From the human T2T-CHM13v2.0 reference genome, Homo sapiens, in assembly GCF_009914755.1 (NCBI RefSeq), contig NC_060931.1: a DNA stretch of 64,000 bases. One strand, written 5' to 3'. Shown piece after piece: positions 53,640 through 64,000 of this stretch. Within the stretch, counting starts at the first letter, position 1; each line of letters opens with the position of its first letter. The position numbers and the translations under genes are program-made. A model generated the notes under the pieces. That model saw nothing but the letters and a program-made list of their open reading frames with translations, did no database searches and had not been told where the DNA came from.

Positions 53640-53740
53640 GTGGAACAATCCAAAGTTTTAATCAAAGAAGGTGGTGTTCAGTTGCTGCTCACAATAGTTG
53701 ATACCCCAGGATTTGGAGATGCAGTGGATAATAGTAATTG
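53640..53740 (+). CDS. SEPTIN7: SEPTIN7 exon 5 (101 nt): [33 protein letters not shown](C), G3 motif
   Basis: ctcttacag|GTGGAA...AATTG|gtaaga; DTPG motif; phases match exons 4 and 6. Confidence 0.97.
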
Positions 53741-54614
53741 GTAAGAAGGGTTTGTCCTCACAACTTTGCAGTGCATTTGGGGTACTGGGGTGGTTAAACT
53801 TTTTCTTCTTAACATTTTAAAACTTCTCATCTTAGCAAAGGTCACCAAACTTCAAGCAACATGACTTGGGTTTGTATACCAACTTTGCCACTTATCTGAC
53901 AAAGTTGTTTAACTTCTTTGAACCCATTTACTTTTCTATAAAATGGAGATAATACCTATCATAAAATTGTTTTTAAGACATATTCTAAAATAACATAGGT
54001 GAATAGAAGAATTCTCATTATTGTAAGAAATTTAAAACTGTTCACTTTAATTTTATCCATTTGTATAAATTCTATCTCAATCCTAATTTAAACCTGATAT
54101 TTAGACTTTCAGTTTTTCTGTAAGTCCTAAGTGAAGAAAACAACTATGAAATTTTAGTCTGAAGTAATTATCTTAGTATTTTATAAATAATACTTTTATT
54201 TTTGTTTGAATTCACATTGTTTTTGAGGTAATTTTCTGTCAACTCTTAAAACTCCCAAGTTCACCATGAAGTTTTTTTATTATTTAAAGTAATCTCTCAT
54301 TTGAAATTTTAAACTGCATATAATTGTTTTCATATTATGAAGTGTGTTATTAATACACTTATTAGTGCAAATAATATGCTAATATTTAGCTGTGTTTCGA
54401 CAGTAAATAGTTTATTTTCTTTCATTTGGAAAGTTTTGAATAATGAATATTTATTCAACATAATTTATATTTTTGAATATATAGAATAACTTGACATATC
54501 TTCTACTGGTAAATTCATTTTGCCCATTTGAAAATACTGATTATTGTCCTTTAACAGTCATCAGTTAATTCATATGTAGAATTGCAGCTTGTTTTGTTTA
54601 TTTGCGTTCTATAG

Positions 54615-54749
54615 CTGGCAGCCTGTTATCGACTACATTGATAGTAAATTTGAGGACTACCTAAATGCAGAATCACGAGTGAACAGACGTCAGATGCCTG
54701 ATAACAGGGTGCAGTGTTGTTTATACTTCATTGCTCCTTCAGGACATGG
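54615..54749 (+). CDS. SEPTIN7: SEPTIN7 exon 6 (135 nt): (C)[44 protein letters not shown](G)
   Basis: tttgcgttctatag|CTGGCAG...CATGG|gtcagt; septin DNRVxCCLYFI motif. Confidence 0.97.
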
Positions 54750-57528
54750 GTCAGTACCTTGATACTTCTGATTCCTTTTTTGTTGTTGTTGCTTACTGTT
54801 ACCTTTATGTGCATACTTTAGTAATCTTTAAGTTTGTGAAGTACACACAACTATAGCCATTATGAAGTACTAAATTTCATGTAGAAATGTCTTAGTTGAA
54901 AAGCCATTTTAAGTCCTATATAAGCTAACAGTGATTTTACTCCTTAGTTCTTCATTCATAAGGATTTTCCCTGCTTCATGAAATAAACAGTGTTGCCACC
55001 ATGGTTTGAGGTCTCAATGTGGCAAATTTAGCTTTCATGTTGACCACTCTGCTACTAATAGAAATACCAAATAAAGAGAAGCAGCCATACCAGTTAGACA
55101 TATTCAAAATAAATCCAAAGATGCTATTTATTATAAGTTTCATAGAAATGATTATCAAAAACACTTGCATGCCAATGTTTTCTTGTGCCATTTCTTTCTA
55201 CAATAAATCTATTTGGCTTCTGTTTCACCTTAGCTGTCATAGACGTGTTGTTCAGGTATCATATTGTCAGTACTAATCTTTTGTTTATTAGGACTTAAGA
55301 CCTAAGAATCTAGACATTAATCTAATCTGATTGTTCTGTTTGTTATAGTTAGCCTGTACTCCCTTTTTTTGTTTTTTGTACTTCTGCTGTCATTTTGAGT
55401 ACATATATGTGTTATTGACAACTGCAGAATTTTCCAATTATTCTTCCTCAGTCTTTTCCTTTGGGTAAGTAACTCAGTATATATAATTCAGCCACCTGAT
55501 GATTATAACTCCACCATCTCTCCACCAAAAGAACTGTAGTAGCATCAGGCTAAATAGCATTAAGTTATCTAACACTCACATTACAGTAGTGTAAACCAAT
55601 TCCTTCAAGTATACCTTTCTCTTCTATTTTTGGCTTCTTGCTCTCTTTTACTTTTTTATAGATAGGTCAATGCCCATTATCACTCTAGATGGATAAGGGA
55701 GCCTTAATTATATACTTATATGTTTGCACTGCCAGATTGTAGTGGAGTAAAGATGTTTCTTCTTTTATGTCTAATATTCTTTTACAGTACTCTCAGTTTA
55801 CATGTTTAAATCACTAAACTGACTCTGACTTAAAAGGCTCAAAAAAAGTAATCTCAAAAATACAACATATTATATAACCTTTTATGAGTATTTGTGTAGC
55901 TACTTGAATTTGTATTTTTAAGTCATTCTCGTTTAACTTGTCAGGGCTTTTTCCTTTAAGCCAGCAGAGTGAAATCTTAACCTGCATTTAAGTCAATAAA
56001 ACTTGTCAGCTTATAACCAATTTTATTATTTTAGATCTTCTGGACTCTCTCCAAGTTTAGTAATTCTCATGAAGTCACATTCCTTCCATCCCCTTGGGGA
56101 AAATTTTATTTCCTAAAATTGCATGGGAAATGAGAGCTTTTTTAAAAGAACAAATTTTTATATTCAAATGATATGTAGTGGCTTTGTGCCATTTCTTATT
56201 TGTCACAAGGGGTAAGATGTTTAAAATTGCTATTTCTTATATATAAAAATGTACCTTTGAACAATTTCTCAGTTTATTTTTAGAAATGGAGCAAAGTTTT
56301 GCCCTTTGGTACATGATATTGTGGATTAAGTGAAGGAATATGACACAGAATTTTATGTATAGAGTTCCAGATATCCTGCTCACTACAGACTGAAATTCCA
56401 TGCAGTCTAATAGATGAATCAGAGCGTTTCCGTCTTGTCTGGGTAGTCCCTGGGTTCCCTTTTTGGAGGGATTTGTTTTTAGATAATTATAAATTGGTCC
56501 AACAGTGTACTTTCAGTGCCTCCTACCTCCCTCTACCAAGTATGAACTGCATGCATGGCTAATGTATGATTTCAGCTATTATTGCTTCATTTGCATTGTT
56601 CAGTATTTTGTAATTGTTATTAAAATAAAAAACTGACTTGGAACATGAATTTTAAAATGGTGTTTTATCCTTCTAGTATTGATTACCACTTTTAGAAAAA
56701 TTGGTGTCATCCAGTGAGTTTTATACAGAAGGATTTTTTCTCTTATACATACATACATACATACATACAAAAAAAATTTGTCATTTGCCCTGTGGTTGTT
56801 CATTATGCTGTAGACTTTGAGGTTAAATAGTCTTTTCTCTCTAGTATGGGTTTATCTTCTAGAAACGATAAAGGATTTTCTGTTGCTTAAAAACAAGATT
56901 TAAAAACTAAATTTGTTGATGAAAAGACCAGCCAATATAAAACTAAATGGACAGAGGAAAAAATTCAACCAGAATGTAATATACATGTGAACTAAATGTT
57001 TTCTGTTGCTGACATTTTGTAGGCTTCTGAAATTTAATGGGACTTTTACAAGGTTTACCTTTTTTCCTAAAGTTTAATTTTTAAACTGACTTAAATGTTC
57101 TTTGACCCTTTGGTTATATTTAAGAAGTTGACTTCCCTAATTTCCTTGTTATGTTTATTTTTAAATATCTTTCTTTCTAGAAGTTGGGATATTATAATAA
57201 ATACTCAGCAAGTATTGTTTTGCATTTAAATATAAAATCTTGTTATTTGGATTTTAATAGTTTATATTAAATGCCCTTAAGATTTATTAAAATTTTGGAT
57301 TAACTGAACTCTGCTTTTTTGTCACTGGATTGATAAGCAGGCTTATATCTGACATAACAGCTTAATAAGGTAGTGGCAGTTTAAATTTGTCATGAATATG
57401 AATTGAAAAACCATAACAATTTAGAAATCTGAGATTGAATATTTCATGGCATTTATATTTAGTGTTTTATATAATGATTAATGAAAAGAAGCAAAACTTA
57501 AAATTTTTTTTCAAAAATGGATAGGTTC

Positions 57529-58101
<573 letters not shown>

Positions 58102-58840
58102 ATGGATAGGTTCTTTTAGTTAACACTAGTGAGGCAAGAACACAGTTTACAGATAATATAAACAGGGTTATTCCATCTACACACACTTTTTTCGTTGTGC
58201 TCCCTATTCTCTGAATGCCAGTGTCAATTTTCAGGGGATTTAAGACAAGGAGAATTAGAATAGGAGGCAGCTGTCTTAATTCTCCATGTTTGCTTTCTCC
58301 CCCTCACTGTCTCTGTCTTTCTGCCTGTCAGCCTTACTACTACAGTAAAGTATATACAGTAATCTTTGTTAGTAAAAAGGACTGGACTATCTTATTAGTC
58401 TTAGGGCCCTAATCCCCCCAGTTTTAATATATATGTTTCTCTTTCTTTATTTTAAAATGTCAGTCAATTCAATTATTAGTATGTCAATAAAATTATTAAC
58501 AGAATGAGACCTTTATTTCATTTTTCTCATGTTTTTATAAAAGTTAAAGAATACCACTTTAGAATGGTAGTCCTTTGCAAAATATTTCTAGTATCTTCAT
58601 TTATTCTTGTGAAACATTCAATTTTAGTCCACAATATATTCCAGATTTGAGGACTTCGGTTCTCATTTAGAATTACTAAAGGACATAACGAAAATCACAG
58701 CAGCTTACTTTTTTTGTCAACAAATATTTGGGCACCTTCTTGAGTGTTAGATACCACGCTGGGTGCTGAGGATACAGATAAATTGAGATAAGGCCCTCGC
58801 TGTAGAGGGTATTTCAGTGAGAAGATGGGAGAAACAAATA

Positions 58841-59101
58841 CAGATGCTCCTCAACTTGGGACAGGGTTACCTGTTGAAGTTGAAGATACGTTTAATAGCG
58901 TAGCCTACATTTGGGCAAAATCATCTAACATAAAACCTATTTTGTAATAATGTGTTGAATATCTCATGTAATTTATTGAATACTGTACTGAAAGTAAAAA
59001 GCAGAATGGTTGTATGGTTTCTATTCTATGCGTATTGCTTGCACACTATCAGAAAGTTGAAAAATTGTTAAGTGGAACCATAGTTAGTGAGGACCCATCT
59101 G
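58841..59101 (+). mobile_element. MER47A-like Tigger MITE, inserted in an antisense L2 (about 58715-60200)
   Basis: ta|cagatgctcctcaactt...ggacccatctg|ta; TA TSD. Confidence 0.8.
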
Positions 59102-60258
59102 TATGCAGGCAGGCAGTTATGGTACAGCACACTAAGTGTTGTCAGCACATAGAAATATGCCTAGTCTCAAGGTTAGAGAAGGATTCCCAGTGGAAATTGG
59201 ATCATAAGCCAGTGTCCTAAAGGATGAATAGGAATTAGCCAGGCCAAGGAGAAGGAGGATGAGAATGGAGGAGGGTGTTCCAGCTAAGGTAGTAGCCTGT
59301 GGCCAGATGTCAAAGTATGATGCTTTCAAGGAATTGTAAGAAATTCAGAAAGGCTGGCACATTGGAAGTAGGAGGCGAAAGAAAGGCCAGGAATGCTAAG
59401 AGATGAGGTTAGCTTGAGAATCTATGTCTTCACAAGCTTTGTGGGCCATTCTAGTTAAGGCATCTGGCCTTTAGTAAGATTTTTGGTCAGGTCATAACTC
59501 CATAAGATTTGGATTTAGAAAGACCACTCTGACTTCAGTATGGATGATTCATGTTATAGTTATTCATTCCAAAGGACTTGGTGGCCTAGACTAAAGTAAT
59601 GGAAATGGAGATATACATACATCATGCATACACACATCTATACACATACTATATATAGGAATAGGATTAGAGGAGGGGAGGAATCCTAGGTTTCACACTT
59701 GAGTAATGGGGAAGATTGTAATGCCATTCACTGAGATAGGAAGCGTAGAAGAGGGAAAATGGGGGTTCAGGTGAGCTTTTGATTTTAAGGAGCCCATGGA
59801 ACACCCAGGTAGCATATCCATTGGGTAAACACAAACCTGGAACTTAACAGTGAGATATGAGCTGTCTATGAAGATTTGGAAGTCAGTTGACCAATTGAAG
59901 ATAATTGAAATCTATTGTAGTCATAATAATTGTACTGAATGTAGAGTAAGAAGAGAAAGCCTGGTAGGGAATTCTAAAGAATGTACTTCTTAAGGGACTA
60001 GCTTACTAAGAGGATCCTGAAAAGTATCCTAAGGAAGAAGAGCTTGTGAGAGAATAAGTAATGGTAAGCACCATGATAGAAGTATTTAGTCACCTTCTTG
60101 AAAGTACAGAGGCAAACTGGAGGCAGCAGCCAGATTGTAATGAATAAAAGGGATGTTGAAGATTATCTTGTGAGCATCTTGTCAGAGAAAGATAGTTGGT
60201 AGCAAGAACTGAATGTGGAGTTGGAAGAGGACTACCATTTTTCATTTTTAAAAAATCC

Positions 60259-60484
60259 TCCAGCCTGGGCAACCTGGCGAGACATTGTGTCTACAAAAAA
60301 TACAAAAATTAGGCAGGCATGGTGGTGTGCACCTGTAGTCCCAGCTACTCAGGAGGCTGAGATGGGAGGATCTGAGCCTGGGAGGTGGGTTGCAGTGAGC
60401 TGAGATTACACCACTGCACTCCACCCAGGGCAACAGAGTGAGACCCTGTCTTAAAAAATTAAATAAAAAAAAAAAATTAAAAAC
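60259..60484 (+). mobile_element. Alu (AluJ-like), 5'-truncated
   Basis: ccagcctgggcaac...gagaccctgtct + A tail. Confidence 0.88.
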
Positions 60485-60795
60485 CTTGTAAATTTTGAGT
60501 AATAAATATAGAGATAATTCTAGGAAATTCTATTAGGAGCCTTTCTGGTTTTTCCAATTCCTCTTTAGGGCCAAAACCCTGTGACCAGGGTTCAAGGGCA
60601 GGAGTCAAAGCCTTAGCCACTCCAATGCTTCTTGAAGTCCTGTTCTACCTAACTTTTGCTGGCCTAATACATCTTCAGAGTGTTTCTGATAAGTAAGTAA
60701 AGTAGTTACATTGTATTTAACTAGCATTGGGGATGTGAAGAATCTTGTTCTCCCAAACTGATCAATTCAGTCAAATTAAATACTGTGTATTTCAG

Positions 60796-60913
60796 ACTTA
60801 AACCATTGGATATTGAGTTTATGAAGCGTTTGCATGAAAAAGTGAATATCATCCCACTTATTGCCAAAGCAGACACACTCACACCAGAGGAATGCCAACA
60901 GTTTAAAAAACAG
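60796..60913 (+). CDS. SEPTIN7: SEPTIN7 exon 7 (118 nt): (G)[40 protein letters not shown]4 motif
   Basis: gtgtatttcag|ACTTAAA...AAACAG|gtgagc; AKAD motif. Confidence 0.97.
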
Positions 60914-61640
60914 GTGAGCAGGATGTGTTAACCCAGGTTTCTTATACCGTTCTCATAATTTGCAGTTTTTACTATTTTTAGTATAATGTGTTGCAATCCA
61001 TTCCTCTTACTGCTTTACTATATTGTCATTTATACTGTATTAGAAATAACTCTTCAATCTTCTGCCTTTGTCAGTTTTTAAATATGGCTGTTTTAAGTGT
61101 TCTGTAATAACACCCCCACACAGACAATTTCTCCCCATACTCTTTAGAATTATTTTCTTTTTTCTTTTCTCTTTTCTTTTCTTTTTTTTTCTTTTCTTTT
61201 TTTTTTTTTTTTTTTTGAATTATTTTCTTAGAATGAATTCCCAGGAAGTGGATTATTCTTTCAAAGGCTATGATTGTTTTTATGGGTCTTTATCTCCCCA
61301 CTCCCCATTTTGTCATGGTGCTTTCCCAATAAAACAAATTTGTACATCTGTTTCACTGTGACTTTGCCAGCATTGTTATTTTTATTTTGAAAACTTTTTT
61401 GGAATGAAGTGGTAACCAATCATTTCTTTGTCTTTTCCTTTTATTTTCCCGAAAGGCTGAACATTTTAAAAACAAAGTCATTTTTTTCCCCCTTTTTGTA
61501 AACATCTGCTCAAATCCTTTGTCTTTTTGACCAGTAGTACTTGGTATTACCCGTATTTATTGATATGGGTTCTTTTTATTCTGGATATTTAGTTCTCTCT
61601 CATTTTCACAATATTTTTTCTGTTTTCTCTTTAGCTGCTT

Positions 61641-61680
61641 ATTTTTGTTTTCAGTGCACTAATTTTGTTTTCAGTGCACT
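61641..61680. repeat. 20-nt tandem duplication
   Basis: atttttgttttcagtgcact / aattttgttttcagtgcact. Confidence 0.85.
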
Positions 61681-61708
61681 TTACGGGATATTTATAGTTT
61701 AAGTTATT

Positions 61709-61766
61709 GTTCAAACCTATGACCCTAAGATTAAGAGTCTCATGCTGTATGACTGAGCTAGCTGGA
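61709..61766 (-). pseudogene. tRNA-Lys(CTT)-derived pseudogene, 3'-truncated at the T-loop
   Basis: Reverse complement TCCAGCTAGCTCAGTCATACAGCATGAGACTCTTAATCTTAGGGTCATAGGTTTGAAC aligns to tRNA-Lys-CTT GCCCGGCTAGCTCAGTCGGTAGAGCATGAGACTCTTAATCTCAGGGTCGTGGGTTCGAGC; the 3' T-stem and acceptor strand are missing. Confidence 0.88.
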
Positions 61767-63456
61767 AGGCCACTAAACTGTTTTTCTAGACTCACGTCTA
61801 GTTGTCTCAATAATATTGAGTTACACAGTCACACATATTTCTAATTTAATTGTGTTTGGTTCGTTATATATTACATTTTATGAAATGTAAGGTCAATTCT
61901 GGAACCTTTCTCTATTCCAGTAGTCCAAAGGCCAGTAGTATATTGTTTAAACCACAGCAGCTTTATATAATATTTAAAAGTAGATTGTAATTATCTCTAT
62001 TGTCCATATAGTCCTATTGTAACAAAATACTTTGTTTTTCACCTTTTTCAATATGAATTTCAGAATACCTTGAAACCTGTTATAAAAAGCCTGTTAAAAT
62101 TTGCTTTGAAGTTGTGCTAAATTCATACTAATTTTCAGAAAGTTTTAGTACATTGTTTTTACTGTATCTAGTATTTTTGTGTTTTACACTTACCCATTCC
62201 CATTTTTGTTTTGTAATGTGCTATTTCTAAGTTTCAAACACTATCATATAATACATTTCTTTTTGTTTATTATGTGTTTCGATTTGGATTTTTACTGATA
62301 AAGGTAAAAAAGATGAATATGAAGTGACCTCTTCTTTCAAATTGGTCACATCCTGGTGGTTGTACTCAGGTCATTTTAATATACAACCTCTGACTAAAAC
62401 CATTGCTTTTAGAGCTAGCTACTATTACTCATTTTTCTCGTCATCATGTATTTGTCAATTCCTTGTTTATTCTTTTTTTTTTTTTAAATATAGGTACGTA
62501 CCCTAATTGTAAAAGAAGTGTGGTCCTATTTTTTTTCAGTGACAATTTTACTTCTGTTTACTTCTGTCTACTATAGTAACCATGTAACACAATTTGTTCA
62601 GGGTCCTTTTATAGCTGCTGGGAACCTTTGCCAAGAAAGTTGCACCAAAATATAAGTATAGACAGGGAAGCTAGGTTTAGGTATATTAGCCATTGGTTTG
62701 TTATGGGTTCAAATAAGGATAGGTAGTTGAAAATTATTTGAATGTCTGTATTCTGTTTAGAATTGGAGTGATTTTGAACATGATAATTTAATTTGAACTA
62801 GGTCATTTCTGATGTTAATAATAAGTTGTCTTCTCTAGGTTTCTGCATTCTCCTTATTAATTCTTGAGCTTCTTAATTTCTAGGATGTGTTTTCTCCCTG
62901 TGTCCTTCCCTAATCTTACACCTGTTGCTCCTCAATTTGTGTGTATGCACATGTACATGTAAGGATTTTTCTGATGAATGTTCAGGGAGCAGTGCTGTAC
63001 TTAGTTTTACCTTACTTTTGCCAGATTCTACTAAAAATTTTACGTGAGTTTAGCCCTGTTTATTCAACTAAATAAGATACTTGGGAATTTATATCTAAAG
63101 GAAGAATCTCAGTCATTGTAAATAAATGACCTAAAGTCATTATTGTGGAAATCAATCAGAGAAATCCCTTTCTGGAGTTTTACATCCTTTTTGGAACTCT
63201 TTTGGTATGACAGCTATATGACTTTAACACTTCGGAAGTAATTGGATTTGGTGTTTATATATCAACTTCATAGTTAAAAAAAAAAAAAAGACTAGCGTAG
63301 TACTTTAATTTTAGATTACAACTTTGCATCATTAAAAAACAGTAAAGGATCTGGAACCAAGGACCCATATAGGAATCGAAGAGGCATGTAATGAACATAA
63401 GACTAATATACTAATTATGTATGGTGCTCTTTTGCTGACTACTTCTTCCATTTTAG

Positions 63457-63549
63457 ATAATGAAAGAAATCCAAGAACATAAAATTAAAATATACGAATT
63501 TCCAGAAACAGATGATGAAGAAGAAAATAAACTTGTTAAAAAGATAAAG
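63457..63549 (+). CDS. SEPTIN7: SEPTIN7 exon 8 (93 nt): [31 protein letters not shown]
   Basis: cttcttccattttag|ATAATG...ATAAAG|gtaggt; phase 0 at both ends. Confidence 0.96.
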
Positions 63550-63911
63550 GTAGGTTCATCCCTGTACACACGCTAAAGTAATCTGAGGCCTTAAAAACAT
63601 ACTACAGCGTCCACAGGAAAGATCAAAAGTATCAGTGTTTTAAGTAGTTGGCTTACAAAATACCTAGGGAGATTTAATGTTGAATTCAACTTTATAGTTA
63701 ACTTTGAAGATTAGCTAGTATATATAATAAGGAATTGTATAAACTACTGAGGTGAATAACACAATTCTTATTTCAAAGTGTTTTTAATTAACTGGCTTTC
63801 ATATTATGTAATTTTTTTCTCTTAAAAAACAAGTGATGAGAAAGGAGAGAATTCGTTCTGTTATGTTTTAATTGCCAGACAAAAATGTATTTATTTTGTC
63901 TCTATAAAAGC

Positions 63912-64000
63912 CAACCAAAATTACAGCTAGATAGGAGGAGTAAGTTCTAGCGTTCTGTAGCATTGTAGGGTGGCTGTAGTTAACAGTAATTTAGTCTATA
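63912..64000 (+). mobile_element. L1MA 3'UTR fragment (runs off the window)
   Basis: caaaattacagctagataggaggagtaagttctagcgttctgtagc. Confidence 0.72.

Noticed and set aside
61709-61766. Functional tRNA-Lys gene
   Set aside because: No 3' acceptor strand, D-loop GG lost, mutated B-box.

Overview
Primate (almost certainly human or great-ape) genomic DNA lying entirely inside the septin-7 gene (SEPTIN7/SEPT7/CDC10) on the + strand. Exons 2-8 are present: a 5-nt microexon at 12493-12497, then 13799-13901, 44526-44632, 53640-53740, 54615-54749, 60796-60913 and 63457-63549. All have AG/GT boundaries and join in one open frame covering the polybasic region and the G1, G3 and G4 GTPase motifs. Exon 1 and exons 9 onward are outside the window. 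The rest is intron rich in Alu, L1M, L2, MIR and DNA-transposon fossils; nearly all listed ORFs are repeat-derived noise. Most notable: (1) the splicing architecture around the microexon: tandem AAG/TAG acceptor giving a 5- or 2-nt exon, a 165-nt AG-free zone with a distant branch point, and a same-phase 32-nt candidate exon with a perfect donor; (2) an antisense GEMIN7 processed pseudogene whose 5' end plus flanking genomic DNA was copied in inverted orientation into its own last codon, making a 113-bp hairpin in the SEPT7 pre-mRNA; (3) a 60-nt copy of SEPT7 exon 5 (G3 motif) pasted into a MER3 element 1.2 kb upstream; (4) a 3'-truncated tRNA-Lys(CTT) copy; (5) several other short local duplications and fold-backs. 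Repeat family names and boundaries come from memory of consensus sequences and are approximate.
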